From: Empusa pennicornis
Lineage: Eukaryota
Reading direction: 5' to 3'
DNA: 64,000 nucleotides
Assembly: GCA_976940595.1 (NCBI GenBank)
Contig: OZ330105.1
Location: forward strand, 2,046,001 to 2,110,000
In this document: piece after piece, positions 47,983 to 61,939 of the stretch
Numbering within the stretch: position 1 is the first letter of the stretch
Layout: the number at the start of each line of letters is the position of its first letter
Notes under the pieces: generated by a model
What the model was told of the DNA's origin: nothing
Database searches by the model: none
What the model saw: the letters and a program-made list of their open reading frames with translations, nothing else
Translations under genes and position numbers: made by a program

Positions 47983-48999
47983 GGCACGTATTTATTTCCA
48001 ATGTCAACACCCAATTAATGTTTCGGAAAGTATAAAACCTTGATATCACTCAGCATTGGCTGAGACAGAATATTGAAACATTTTAAAGCTGCTAATAGCC
48101 TATTATATATCTACAGCTGACAAATATCTGTTAAAGTTTTAAATTAAATTATGTAAACTAACAATTGGACACATGGCTTGGAATGGTTCTCGTTTCAACA
48201 GCTAATGCCTTCTGTGCAGCAGAGAAAGGAATAAAATAAAACAAGAACATCAATTATCAGTTTCACATTTGTTTCAGCCTCTACAGGACTTAAATCTTCC
48301 GTGGGCCGTGTGCAGTTACGCTTACATTAATATTCTTCTCAATTAAAAACGAGAACAAGTAATAAAAATAATAATGGTGTCCATTAATTTCACTTTCCAC
48401 ACACGTGGAGTGTATTTTCATGCAGTTGTAAATTTGCAGCCGGACTTTTCTTGCAGCTAAACTCGGTTTGCGTCTCTTCCACGTGAAATATTATCTTCAC
48501 ATTACCAGGCTTTTATATTAATTGGGTCGGCTGCATTTGCTGTGACTGCCTTAAACACAGGATAAAAACTGTGTTAGTGTGTGAACAGCGCCGCCGCTAT
48601 GAAATCTACGATTATAGCAATGTTTCTCGGTCTTCTTTATAAACACTATAAACACGATAGTTTCGTCAATAACTTATAATTAGTAGTTCTAACTAATTTT
48701 GTATGCTTATATTCCGAAATTACTCCCATTAAAATCTTCAACGACAGAGCAGCTGTGACGGGAAACGGCGCCGGTGGCGTGACACATGATCTAAGCAAGC
48801 GGGAGGTATTTCGAGAAAGATCGAACTTCTAGAAACGTCTTTCTGGGCAATATACGACTATATGAAGTGGCTGCAGTGAGTGACTGACGGCTACAGTGCT
48901 AGCCGAGAGTGTCTCAGTTCCACGCAGTGCTACGCGAGGGCGCGCTAGCAATACTGTGAATTTTTAGCGCGAATGCGACTATTTATGAACGACTAGAAG

Positions 49000-49385
49000 A
49001 TTCGTATAGTAAGTGTATTAACGTCGACCCTGTAATAGGAGGTGAAACAAAACATAATTCTGTTACAATGTACGCCATCAGGTGTTAACATTATACCAGT
49101 ATGATGGAATTTCATCCCAGAAGAGTTATTTTGGTCCTGCACCGTAGCGGAGTTTTTTTTTCCGTTTTGTTTTTTCATAGCTACACTATATGAATTCATT
49201 TATTTCTCTCCTTACCAGGCACAATTCTTATGGCTTCTTGGTTAATACATGTGATAGCTCGCCATGTACCCAGTCTAAGCCATGAAAGCCCTTGTTTACT
49301 TCCGCCGCTTACCCACAGGATATATTGTTTTATACCCCATTCTGTATGGAGTTCTAACTGTAACTTTAATGACACTTTATCCTTT
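49000..49385 (-). mobile_element. LINE ORF2 3' fragment
   Basis: 49205-49380 aligns to the reverse complement of 57340-57515 (shared TCTAAGCC.TGAAAGCCCTT and TATACCCCATTCTGT). Confidence 0.6.
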
Positions 49386-49391
49386 TATGTA

Positions 49392-49680
49392 CTGCGCCGT
49401 GGCGCAGTGGGCTACAACGTGGAGCTCTAGTTCCTGGCCACGGAATGCGCCCGGGTTCGATCCCACCCATGCAGATTTTAAGTCCGGGATATAGGACCGG
49501 TGCCCGCTCAGCATCGTGATGAAAGTGAGTAGCTGCGATAGGCAGCGGTCAACTTTCCGGCTGGGGAATGCGAGAGGCTGACCACGTCTTCCTCCAGTGT
49601 CGGTTGAATCATCGTCCACCTCAGCCTTGCCTATGTGGGCGTGAGGTCGGCAGTCGGGTTGACATGCCTCAGGTTATTAT
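49392..49680 (+). mobile_element. tRNA-derived SINE (different family)
   Basis: A-box TGGCGCAGTGG, B-box GGTTCGATCCC, and a (TTA)n tail. Confidence 0.7.
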
Positions 49681-50135
49681 TATGTTATGGTACTGAAATT
49701 CAGCTCTTTGTTTGCACAAGGTAAAGAAAATCTAGTAACGAACTATAAATCTAAAGACACTAAAAATGTATATCTCAAGAATCCAGAGCTTTAAAGAGAG
49801 TGAACCAATTTAATTTCCTTTCATATATAAAACTTAAAGGTATCTATGCTTTCTGAAGTTCAAAGCATCAGTTTTGAGTAAAATACAAGTGTTTAATTGT
49901 CTGGCAATACGTTGTGAATCCTTTCTATATTCGTTGTTTCTCGCGATGTCATAGAAAATAATTTTAACAGCAGCTTATAGCGTTAATTTGCTTATCGGTG
50001 TCCTGTTTGTATTTATAGTAACGATATGTTACTATAGAATAGCTTTAGGGTCAATAATAAACGATAGCGACTAGAGAAAGCTATGTGAAATTCACTACAA
50101 TCATGTTTCTTACAAGAGTTATAAATACAAAGATA

Positions 50136-51449
50136 CGAGGCATGTTTTTTAAGTCAATACCGTTTTGCGATTCCGCCGCCGCAGCGCTACGGTCGGCGTT
50201 CCGCGCATGCCCGCTGGTTACCTACATCTCTTGTCTACGCACTGACGCCATTACAGTCTGATTCTTCATTGTATACGTTGTTTACTGAGTGTTTAAGATG
50301 CCTCCGACAATCGTGAGTCCCGCCGATTGTGAAGTACGGGCTGTTATACGATTTCTTAGTGCTAAAGGCGTAAAACCGATCGATATTCATCGTGAGATCT
50401 GTGAGGTTTACGGACAAAACATTATGAGTGATGGAATGGTAAGGAAATGGGTGAGAGCATTTAAAAATGGCCGCACAAATGTGCATGATGAAGAACGGAG
50501 TGGGCGTCCTTCGGTCGTTAATGAAGATTTGGTGCAGAAAGTGGACGAAAAGGTGAGAGAAAACAGACGCTTTACAATTTCATCATTCTGCCACTATTTT
50601 CCTCAATATTCTTGTAGTGTTTTGTATCGCAATGTGACCGAGAACTTGAAGTACCGGAAATTGTGTTCACGTTGGGTTCCGAAAATGTTATCGGATTTGC
50701 ACAAAACCCAACGTTTAGGCAGTGCATTGACTTTCCTTGAGCGGTACCACAATGAACGTGAAGATTTTTTTAGACCAAATTGTTACTGGTGATGAAACAT
50801 GGGTGGCCTACGTCACACCAGAATCGAAACAACAATCCATGGAATGGCGACATTCATCATCACCCGCAAAAGTGAAGTTTAAGCAAACAATTTCTGCCCG
50901 GAAAATCATGTGCACAGTTTTTTGGGACAGCAAAGGAGTATTGCTAGTGGAGTTTCTGCCTCGTAATGAGACAATCAATGCAGTGTCTTATTGTGAGACA
51001 TTGAACAATCTGCGCCGTGCAGACGTGGTAAGTTGAGTAAGGGTATCGTTTTGCTGCATGACAATGCCCGTCCACATGTGGCTAATCGGACCAAAGATCT
51101 CATCAAATCTTTTCAATGGGAAACTCTAGATCATCCTCCATCTGACGCCCAGCGACTACCATTGTTCCTGCACTTGAAGAAACATCTGGGCGGTCAGCGT
51201 CTTCAAGACGATAACGACGTCAAAACAGTTGTGATACAGTGGTTAACACGTCAGGCGGCAGAATTTTATGAGGAGGGTATGCAAAAACTAGTGCCACGTT
51301 ATGACAAGTGCCTCAATATTCACGAAAATTATGTATAAAAGTAGATTAAGGTACAGGCTTTCGGCTTTCATGTAAAAATAAAATTATTGCGATATCTATG
51401 CACGTCTTTTTTTATTCCAAAACGGTACTGACTTAAAAAACATGCCTCG
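50136..51449 (+). mobile_element. Full-length mariner pseudogene, same family as 32768-34089
   Basis: TIRs CGAGGCATGTTTTTTAAGTCA.TACCGTTTTG / CAAAACGGTACTGACTTAAAAAACATGCCTCG with TA TSD. The transposase is split over 50289-50792, 50737-51036 and 51033-51338. Confidence 0.97.
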
Positions 51450-51870
51450 TACTTCAGTTAATGTTGTAGTTGATTTTTCTTCCAATCTTCTCATATGGTT
51501 TTTGTTTAGTAAATGTTAGCAGCACTGCACACACATAACAGAGCACGTAGAAGAGTGGATTGAAACAGTTATGTGAATGTGCAAGAAACAGTTGCCGTTT
51601 TAAGACACAGAATTTCGCCACAAGACACGCTCCGAGGTTCTTGTCTACTCCAAATGTATATAATAAATTCAGTAGCTGCAACGCTTTTCGGGCTGAGTTA
51701 TTTCAATAATAAATCTCAAACCCAGCGCCCCAACACTTCGGTCGCTGTGTTTCTGAGTTCTCAGTCAGGTCACACAAAAACACCTTCTTACAAACCTGAA
51801 AAACTGCCAATGAGCCTGGAGCCGCCAAGTTATAACGGAAAAATATGTTTATGTTTATCTAGTTACTATA

Positions 51871-53293
51871 ACCGAGTGTTTGAGCATTCGACTCTCACCA
51901 AAGCGGCTCGGGTTCGATCCCAGGCGACCGCATGCGAGATACGAGGGTGAGTCAAATGAAAACCCTAAATATTTTTTAAATATTATTTACTGTACAGAAG
52001 TGGTACAAAGCTGTATCACTTTTCATCATAATCTCACCCACGCTCAATGCAAGTCCTCCAGCGCTTACAAAGTGCATAAATTCCTTTAGAAAAACTTCTT
52101 TTGGTAGTCCGCGCAACCACTCATGCACCGCGTGGCGTACCTCTTCATCGGAACGGAACTTCTTTCCTACCATTGCGCCTTTGAGTGGTCCAAACATATG
52201 GCAATCACTTGGGGCAAGGTCTGGTGAGTATTGTGGATGAGGAAGACACTCAAAATGCAGGTCTGTGATTGTTGCAACTGTTGTACGGGCAGTGTGGGCC
52301 CTGCATTGTCATGTTGCAAAAGGACGCCTGCTGACAGCAAACCACGTCGCTTTGATTTGATTGCAGGCCGCTAGGAGATCTGTGTATGATGCACTGGTGT
52401 CAGTGGTCCCTCTAGGCATGTAATGCTCCAAAATGACGCCTTTTTCGTCCCAAAAGAGAGTCAGCATAACTTTCCCTGCTGATGGTTCTGTTCGAAACTT
52501 CTTTGGTTTTGGTGATGAGGGATGGCGCCATTCCTTGCTCGCTCTCTTCGTTTCCGGTTGGTGGAAGTGAACCCAGGTTTCGTCCCCAGTAACGATTCTT
52601 GCAAGGAAGCCACCACCTTCACGTTCAAAGCGCCGAAGAAGTTCTTCACAAGCATCAACACGTCGTTCTCTCATTTCAGGAGTCAGCTGCCGTGGCACCC
52701 ATCTTGTGAAACTGGAGCACATCGTGCACAATGTGGTGTGCTGACCCATGACTAATCTGTAAACATGCTGCAATGTCACTCGGCGGATTTCCTTCAAATG
52801 CTGCAATGTTCTTTTGAGTCACAACTCGTGGACGTGGAGCATCTTCCACTGAAGTCACACCATTTGCGAATTTCCTGCTCCATTCGTAGACTTCCTGCTG
52901 TGACAAACATGCATCACCGTACTGAACCTTCATTCGTCGATGAATATCAACAGGTTTCACACCTTCACTACGCGAAAACCGAATAACAGAACGCTGTTCT
53001 TCCCTGGTGCAAGTCGCAAGTGGGGCGATGCTGATATTGCGACGGTATGTGTGCATCTGCACTATGGTGTCACCTACAGGCCATTCTGCACACTGTTTGT
53101 AGCACGCTTACCAACTTACAGGATAACGGCGCGAAATCTCGATTTCTTATTGCAAATTTAAGGTTTTCATTTGACTCACCTTCGTATGTGGTGACAAAGG
53201 GACACAGGGTCCTCAGTTTCCCGGACCATCCCTTGTTTTTGTGCTCCATGTTCACGTACGACAGTGTCACCATGGGCGTTGAACACTACCAAC
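51871..53293 (+). mobile_element. Old copy of the major SINE split by a mariner insertion (SINE parts 51871-51941 and 53187-53293)
   Basis: ..CAGGCGACCGCATGCGAGA|TA [mariner] TA|TGTGGTGACAAAG..GGGCGTTGAACACTACCAAC. Confidence 0.85.
51942..53184 (-). mobile_element. Mariner pseudogene with both TIRs
   Basis: TA|CGAGGGTGAGTCAAATGAAAACC ... GGTTTTCATTTGACTCACCTTCG|TA; EQRSVIRF, WVPRQLT, VTGDETWVH and FGPLKG. Confidence 0.96.
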
Positions 53294-54030
53294 TCTGTTG
53301 TCACACTGTAATAGTTTGACCAATACTTCACATTCCTCCAGCTATAAAATAAATTACGAAACAAGAATATTTTATTATTAATGCCAGTTCGCACCCTGGT
53401 TGAGTCAAGCTGTGAGAGATTAGCGTGCACAGTAAACTTGTTTGGTGCTCGGAACTCGACTCCGCAAGAGCTGCGTCATTGTTTTGCATGAAACATGTGA
53501 TTGTTTCGTCTGCCACAACAAACCCTTGGTCTACAAGCGAGTGAAAAACAAAGGGATGAAGTAACGAAATACAACAAGGTTCCGTATGTAATGAGAAACA
53601 ATAGCACCGCCCTTCTTTCTTTTGTTTTTAGTCTCAGCGTCGCACTGTTGCACAGCAACACGCAAAAAGTTGACAGTCGCTTTTAGTTTAGTTCTAACTT
53701 TATAACAAAACAAACATTTCAGCAGACATTTAAAATTCTGTTCACTAAGATTTGAGTAAATACTAAACATGGAATCTTAACAACTTTTCATATATACTAC
53801 TTCGAGTTGCTATTTTATCCCTTAGTTCACCATTTATTTCAACTCCCTGGTTATTTTTGCATGGTGGACTTGCTCCCTCTGTAAATTTCCGTATCCTTTT
53901 TATATGCCTCTCCTTTTGTATTTTCATTACTCTTTGTTGACTCATTTTAGCTATAAACTGATCTCTCCATAACTACGTTTCTTCACATTCTAGTATATAA
54001 GGAAAGCCAGCCACCATTTATCCAAATTCA

Positions 54031-56605
54031 CTCCCTTCCTATCTCCTCTTAGTCTATGTCCAAGCCCAACCATCTCTCCCTAACCTATTACATACATCCA
54101 CATACTTCTCCCTCCCTATCTCCTCTTAGTCTATGTAAAAGCCCAACCTTCTCTCCCTAACCTATTACATACATCCACATACTTCTCCCTTCCTATCTCC
54201 TCTTAGTCTATGTCCAAGCCCAACCTTCTCTCCCTAACCTATTACATACATCCACATACTTCTCCCTTCCTATCTCCTCTTAGTCTATGTCCAAGCCCGA
54301 CCTTCTCTCCCTAACCTATTACATACATCCACATACTTCTCCTTTCCTATCTCCTCTTAGTCTATGTCCAAGCCCAACCTTCTCTGCCTAACCTATTACA
54401 TACATCCACATACTTCTCCCTTCCTATCTTCTCTTAGTCTATGTCCAAGCCCAACCTTCTCTCCCTAACCTATTACATACATCCACATACTTCTCCCTCC
54501 CTATCTCCTCTTACCATATGTCCAAGCCCAACCTTCTTTCCCTAACCTATTACATACATCCACATACTTCTCCCTCCCTATCTCCTCTTAGTCTATGTAA
54601 AAGCCCAACCATCTCTCCCTAACCTATTAATACATCCGCATACTTCTCCTTTCCTATCTCCTCTTAGTCTATGTAAAAGCCCAACCTTCTCTACCTAACC
54701 TATTACATACATCCACATACTTCTCCCTTCCTATCTTCTCTTAGTCTATGTCCAAGCCCAACCTTCTCTCCCTAACCTATTACATACATCCACATACTTC
54801 TCCCTCCCTATCTCCTCTTACCATATGTCCAAGCCCAACCTTCTTTCCCTAACCTATTACATACATCCACATACTTCTCCCTCCCTATCTCCTCTTAGTC
54901 TATGTAAAAGCCCAACCATCTCTCCCTAACCTATTAATACATCCGCATACTTCTCCCTTCCTATCTCCTCTTAGTCTATGTAAAAGCCCAACCTTCTCTC
55001 CCTAACCTATTACATACATCCACATACTTCTCCCTCCCTATCTCCTCTTAGTCTATGTAAAAGCCCAACCTTCTCTCCCTAACCTATTAATACATCCGCA
55101 TACTTCTCCCTTCCTATCTCTTCTTAGTCTATGTCCAAGCCCAACCTTCTCTCCCTAACCTATTAATACATCCGCATACTTCTCCCTTCCTATCTCTTCT
55201 TAGTCTATGTCCAAGCCCAACCTTTTCTCCCTAACCTATTACATACATCCACATACTTCTCCCTTCCCATCTCCTCTTAGTCTATGTCCAAGCCCAACCT
55301 TCTCTCCCTAACCTATTACATACATCCACATACTTCTCCCTCCCTATCTCCTCTTACCATATGTTCAAGCCCAACCTTCTTTCCCTAACCTATTACATAC
55401 ATCCACATACTTCTCTCTTCCTATCTCCTCTTACCATATGTCCAAGCCCAACCATCTCTCTCCCTAACCTATTAATACATCCGCATACTTCTCTCTTCCT
55501 ATGGCCGCGCCGTGGCCGAGTGGTTAGACCATTCGCCTCTCACCAAAACGGTCCGGGTTCGATCCCAGGCGACCGCATGTGGGATTTGTGGTGGACAAAA
55601 CGGCGCTGGGGCGGGTTTTCTCCGGGTACTCCGGTTTCCCCCGCCATCTCATTCCACCGGTGCTCCATGCTCATATATCACCAGTGTCACCGCCTGTGGT
55701 GCCAATAAGTAGTAAAAACGGGCGTTAAACACTACAACATACATACATCTCTCTTCCTATCTCCTCTTAGTCTATGTCAAAGCCCAACCTTCTCTCCCTA
55801 ACCTATTACATACATCCACATACTTCTACCTTCCTATCTCTTCTTAGCCTATGTCCAAGCCCAACCTTCTCTCCCTAACCTATTACATACATCCACATAC
55901 ATCTCTCTTCCTATCTCCTCTTAGTCTATGTCCAAGCCCAACCTTCTCTCCCTAACCTATTACATACATCCACACACTTCTCCCTCCCTATCTCCTCTTA
56001 GTCTATGTCAAAGCCCAACCTTCTCTCCCTAACCTATTACATACATCCACATACTTCTCCCTCCCTATCTCCTCTTAGTCTATGTCCAAGCCCAACCTTC
56101 TCTCCCTAACCTATTACATACATCCACATACTTCTCCCTCCCTATCTCCTCTTAGTCTATGTCAAAGCCCAACCTTCTCTCCCTAACCTATTACATACAT
56201 CCACATACTTCTCCCTTCCTATCTCCTCTTAGTCTATGTCCAAGCCCAACCTTCTCTACCTAACCTATTACATACATCCACATACTTCTCCTTTCCTATC
56301 TCCTCTTAGTCTATGTCCAAGCCCAACCTTGTCTGCCTAACCTATTACATACATCCACATACTTCTACCTCCCTATCTCCTCTTAGCCTATGTCCAAGCC
56401 CAATCTTCTTTCCCTAACCTATTACATACATCCACATACTTCTCCTTTCCTATCTCCTCTTAGTCTATGTCCAAGCCCAACCTTCTCTCCCTAACCTATT
56501 ACATACATCCACATACTTCTCCCTTCCTATCTCCTCTTAGTCTATGTCCAAGGCCAACCTTCTCTCCCTAACCTATTACATACATCCACACACTTCTCCT
56601 TTCCT
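54031..56605. repeat. Minisatellite, 77-bp unit, ~30 copies, interrupted by a SINE
   Basis: Unit CTCCCTTCCTATCTCCTCTTAGTCTATGTCCAAGCCCAACCTTCTCTCCCTAACCTATTACATACATCCACATACTT; starts at 54031, 54108 ... Confidence 0.97.
55503..55738 (+). mobile_element. tRNA-derived SINE, major family (young copy inside the array)
   Basis: Nearly identical to 7256-7491; TSD CATAC(T/A)TCTCTCTTCCTAT. Confidence 0.96.
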
Positions 56606-57239
56606 CTGTCCGCTTGTAATTGACTATATAGTACCAAACTTTTCTTTCCTTTAAGACGTTGAAATTATTCTTGCTTCTCTATGACTTCCAGTCTGTTCCG
56701 CACTTCTTTCCAAATACCTTTAAGGAACCCTTGGAAAATAAATACTAACACAAATACCCCAAATCCTAAAAGCTGACATAAATAACATTTTAGGTTTCTG
56801 CTGCATCAGACAGTTTTATTGTATCTCCTAACACTTTGGAGCAGATAGGTAAATTTCATATGATAACTTGGGAAAGTTTAGTTTTATATGTTGGTATTAC
56901 TGTGATGTATACTTCAAAATGTATATATTCTTCCTTACTTTTGGCCCTAACCTTTTTCCTACCACAGTATTTTAAAAATCAGGGTGTTTCTGAAATACAT
57001 TTTCGCACTTTCAAAATGTGCCGTGCGTCTCACTTTTTGTTTGGATTCCATTAATACCTGCCAGACTTTGAAAAAATGCTAAACTTAGTATTTTATATTA
57101 GCAATGCTAATTTAAGGGATATTTTACGGAGATATGATAAAGCTTAACGATTCAAATTGCTTATGGATTTATAAATCATTCCCATTTTATTATTATTTCT
57201 ATTGAAAAGACTTTTTTGTAGTACTTTACTGCGCAGGTC

Positions 57240-57690
57240 GATTCGATGGGCTTCAACAACTAGAATTAGACTGGGATCAGAGTGAATGTGTGGAACCGAC
57301 TGAAAGATAGACCGACAGCAGACACTAATAGAATGTAGGGACATGGTGTCACTAAACCTACAGTCAGAACTGAAAACAGAATGGGGTATAGAACTACATA
57401 TGCTATTGGTAAGCAGGGGAAGCAAAGAAGGGCTTTCACGGCTTAGATTGGACACGTGTGGAGCTATGAAATTTAATAAAAGGAAGGCATAAGAATGCGT
57501 CCCTGGCGTAGAGAGCTTAGAAACAAATATCTACTACATTCCTTGTTAATTCTAGGAGAAGTTTGGAAGTCAGTCGGCACCTGCTAGTAGCTGGAGGAAT
57601 GGTGGCAGAGACCATTGGGTATATTTGCAACTCAGGTCGGAATATAAGGAAGAGGTACAATGGGGGAGGGTTTGTATAGTAGGGGCGAAC
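57240..57690 (+). mobile_element. LINE ORF2 3' fragment
   Basis: DMVSLNLQSELKTEWGIELHMLLVSRGSKEGLSRLRL, the same ORF2 region as in the 13.8 kb and 56.6 kb fragments. Confidence 0.6.
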
Positions 57691-58499
57691 ACTGTATATG
57701 GTTTGAAAATGAACCTTTTTTATGTGTACATTGTTCACCCGCATTGAATTGGTAGCAAATGTTGACTGCCTATGGATGGCCAAATGTTGTGTAAACATAC
57801 ACACCCAAAGGTGCCCCTTCCTCAGCGTCAGTCGGCCACTGTTTGTCCTGTAAAAGAAAGTGAAGTTATGCTAACTGCAACACTTGGCTGTAAATCGCAG
57901 CTGGAGAGGACATTGAACGTGGAATCCTCGCTACCACGACGTGACAGAGAACGTGTGTGGTGCGGTGTTAGAGACAGGGACAGGTGTTAAGTTGGCAGCA
58001 AGATTGCCTACGTATTAGCTACCCTTATAACAAATATTGTATGCTTCCTGGTGATTTTAATTTTTGGTCATTTAATTGCTACTATACCTATAGTACACAA
58101 TGGCTTAAAATTAGAGAAAAATTCATCTGTATGCTTAAATCATGTGATTTTCTCTACTCAGTCTCATATAAATCATTCTTACAACTGTTTCTTCTACCTA
58201 GTCCTCGTCGATTCAATTAATTTACACCAGAAATAGTTTAATTGCGCGTTACCTTGTAACCACAAAGGGAATACACTGGGCCAAACTGATAGAAATTTTA
58301 AAACCCTTCGCTATGTAATGAAATTGAAATTCTATGCTCTATGTCCGATAAGTACAAGAAAAATCAATGACATCCCATTTTAGGAATGGATAATTATTTT
58401 AAAATTAAAATATTAATAAGGAATTTCACTACTACTGCTAACTGCACAAAAATATGTTTGACATAAATTGTGTGTAATACTTATTTTGTTTAATAAGAT

Positions 58500-59452
58500 T
58501 CCATCCACCAGCAGTCCAATCCTATCCATAATCGTATAATCCATCCACAAATAAATCCAATCCACCCTTCTCTAATTCATCGATCCATCTAATACAGTCC
58601 AGTACATCTCTCCAATCCAATTCATCCACCCATCAATCCCTCCACTCTGCCATAAAACCATCCATCCCTCTAGTTCATCCTTCTCTCCCTCCAATCAAAT
58701 GCATCCATCTAATCAATACCTCCCACTCTCGAATCCAACCCTGCATCCAATCCAAGGTATCCATCCACTCGTCCGTGTGTATGCCTTTTAGTGTTCAGGT
58801 GACCCGAAAAGCGTGTTTCCACGAAGTGTCCGTATCGAATGGAATGTGGAATCTCGTGAAAGATTAGCTAGACAAAAAGTGCTATTAAACATCGTTAGCG
58901 TGGTTTAGCAACAAGTAAAGTACTTCTCTATAGCTTATAGTTCACTAGAATGTAGAACACATCAGAGGCTTTTCCCAAAAATTCAAAATAAACATTTTTC
59001 GCAATGAAAACGTGTTGAATACATTGATCAAAGTACGGTGGTAACAACCAAAGAGTCCAATAGGTTAACCGACCGTTGGTGTATCCTTGACACTCTCTAA
59101 ATTATGATTGCTGATGCAAGCGGCAGTTATTACTTAAACTCTGTAACTACGTCACAGAGCTCTATTCTGCTTTGTACTGCGTCCACTTTGACTATACAAC
59201 TATCAACTGTGATTAAGGTGAGGGTAGATTGAGATGTTAGAAATGTACTTTCTACCTGCGGAGCTAACTGTCAGCAGTCCAATACAATCCATTCCTTCAT
59301 CCAATCTAATCTGTCCACCAATTAAATCCAGTACATCCCCTCTAATTCATCGATGCATCCAATACAATACAATCCATATAATGCAATCCATCCTTGCAGC
59401 TATCTATCCCTCCGTCTCTCCAATCTACCATTCATCCATCCAATCCAATACA
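58500..59452. repeat. Degenerate (TCCAA/TCCA)n tracts at 58500-58770 and 59275-59452
   Basis: Directly visible low-complexity runs. Confidence 0.75.
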
Positions 59453-60842
59453 ATGAAGAACAGAGCCCTTGTGACCTAGTTACAGGAGCTTAAGTAATAA
59501 CTTCCCCATTGCATCAGCAATCATGATTTAGAGCGTGTTAAGAACGCACATGTAGTCGGCATATTCCTGACTTACTTGACTCCTTGACTTCCAAGTTGTT
59601 GCAATGTACTTCCTAGATAATAAAATGTTTTATTCAATATAAAATAATTGTTGGGAATTCTAAATATAATCTTTACTAAATAAGTTCAGTGAAAAAATGG
59701 AAGTTCCTAGTAAAAGCTTTTGTGCAGGTTGGCCATTTTCTTATTTCTAGACACCAAGTATATTGTTTTTGTTCACAGAGATACAAGTTTTTACTAAAAA
59801 TGCCCTTTTATTATTCTGAGACCCTCAAAACGTTCAAGTTCTGTTTTTTGTATTTCTGGATACCCGACTTACTCTAAGTACATAGCACGCGAAAGTAAAA
59901 ACAAACTTAAAATCTCCTCATATTACACACATTTTACAACATTAGCTACAAAAGTGTGTCCCTTATTTTCCATAAAATCGGTGGCAAGCGAAAACTTGAC
60001 ATGCCAGAAAATAAAGAAATTGTTAAATACACCCACAAAAAGCCTCGAGAGGAAATTTTCATCCTCTTCACCAGAAATGATGCAGAGTGAGGGGTGGGTG
60101 GGTGGGTGGGTGGGGGGTTGAAAACTTGAATTAATAGGACGTCTCCTACAGTGAAGGGAAGGGAGACGCAGTGGAGCAAAAGCAGTGCTGGGAACATAAC
60201 AAACATTCTGGGGCGACACGGTTTATGTTGGAAGCACTGCTACGAATATTAACATCGCTCTGAAATATTAATACAGGACTTGCTTGTCATGTGATCTGAC
60301 TCCACTCATGTGTGAAAAAATATTAAGTATGTGACAAAAATACCAAAAACCCTTGAGTTAGGGCTTCCCTTTTGTTATCGCTCGCAACTCTCCGTAGAAA
60401 AAGCTTGTTTGACTTTCTACTTCTTGGTTACAGTACACGTTACGTTGTAGATACAAGGGGAACAGAGGAAACTGAAGTCTTACTTACTCTTTGAGAAACA
60501 AATGACTGTTATGGGCGTGTTTATCAAGCTTCAGTTAAATCCTATCAAACAAAGTAAACATGCCTGATCAGTAAAATAGTTAATATCTCATTAAAATGTG
60601 CACTGAACAGTAATTTATGGGCCATGAAGGAAACAGTATTGCATTGAATTTATTTTACAAACAAGGCACAGCCTACAAAATCCCAACTTTTGGATAATCC
60701 AGTACCTGTTTGTTGGAACGTAACTATAGAAATTAGATTAAATTTTATTTTCCATTATTAATACATTAAATCCAAAATACAACAAACCTGATGCACTGAG
60801 TTTAGAATACAGGGTAAGAATTCGAGGCGTACGCTGAAAGTA

Positions 60843-61935
60843 CGACGGTGAATCAAACGAAAACCTTAAATATTATTTACTGTACAGAAGTGGTACAAAG
60901 CTGTATCACTTTTCAACATAATCTCAGTGCAAGTCCTCCAGCGCTTACAAAGTACATAAATTCCTTTAGAAAAAAATTCTTTTGGTAGTCCGCGCAACCA
61001 CGTGGCGTACCTCTTCATCGGAACGGAACTTCTTTCCTCCCATTGCGTCTTTGAGTGGTCCAAACATATGAAAATCACTTGGGGCAAGGTTTGGTGAGTA
61101 TGTTGGATGAGGAAGACACTCAAAATGCAAGTCTGTGATTGTTGCAACTGTAGTACGAGCAGTGTGGGGCCTTGCAAAAGGACACCTGCTGACAGCAATC
61201 CACGTCGCTTTGATTTGATTGCAGGCCGCAGATGATTTTTTTAGGAGATCTGTGTATGATGCACTGGTGACAGTGGTCCCTCTAGGCATGCAATGCTCCA
61301 AAATGACGCCTTTTTCGTCCCAAAAGAGAGTCAGCGTAACCTTCCCTGCTGATGGTTCTGTTGGAAACTTCTTTGGTTTTGGTAATGAGGGATGGCGCCA
61401 TTCCTTCCTCGTTCTCTTCGTTTCCGGTTGGTGGAAGTGAACCCATGTTTCCTCCCCAGTAACGATTCTTGCAAGGAAGCCATAACCTTCAAGTTCAAAG
61501 CGCCGAAGAAGTTCTTCACAAGCATCAACACGTCGTTCTCTCATTTCAGGGGTCAGTTGCCGTATTACCCATCTTGCAGACACTTTGTGAAACTGGAGCA
61601 CATCATGTACAATGTGGTGTGCTGACCCATGACTAATCTGTAAACATGCTGCAGTGTCACTCGGCGGTTTTCCTTCAACGGCTGCAATGTTCTGTGGAGT
61701 CACAACTCGTGGACGTGGAGCATCTTCCACTGAAGTCACACCATTTGCGAACTTCCTACTCCATTCGTAGACTTGCTGCTGTGACAAACATGCGTCACCG
61801 TACTGAACCTTCATTCATCGATGAATACCAATAGGCTTGAAACCTTCACTACGCAAAAACCGAATAACAGAACGCTGGTGCAAGTCGCAAGTGGGGCGGC
61901 CATCTTTATACTGATACTGCGACGGTATTTGTGTG
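60843..61935 (-). mobile_element. Mariner pseudogene, same family as 51942-53184, 5' TIR lost
   Basis: TA|CGACGGTGAATCAAACGAAAACC; 282-aa ORF 60966-61814 with VTGEETWVH and HPTYSPNLAPSDFHMFGPLK; HDNA motif deleted. Confidence 0.94.
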
Positions 61936-61939
61936 GTGC

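Larger units (their letters stand above)
53760..56740 (-). mobile_element. LINE ORF2 3' fragment hosting the 77-bp array
   Basis: Minus strand reads GIWKEVRNRLEVIEKQE*FQRLKGKKSLVLYSQLQADRGKEK into the repeat (YVDVCNRLGREGWAW) and exits as RLRGDRKGVNLDK. Homologous to 13760-13940. Confidence 0.7.

Noticed and set aside
46324..48043. Stack of repetitive ORFs (SQPPHVYS...)
   Set aside because: Produced by a 50-bp unit cycling through reading frames; no coding evidence.
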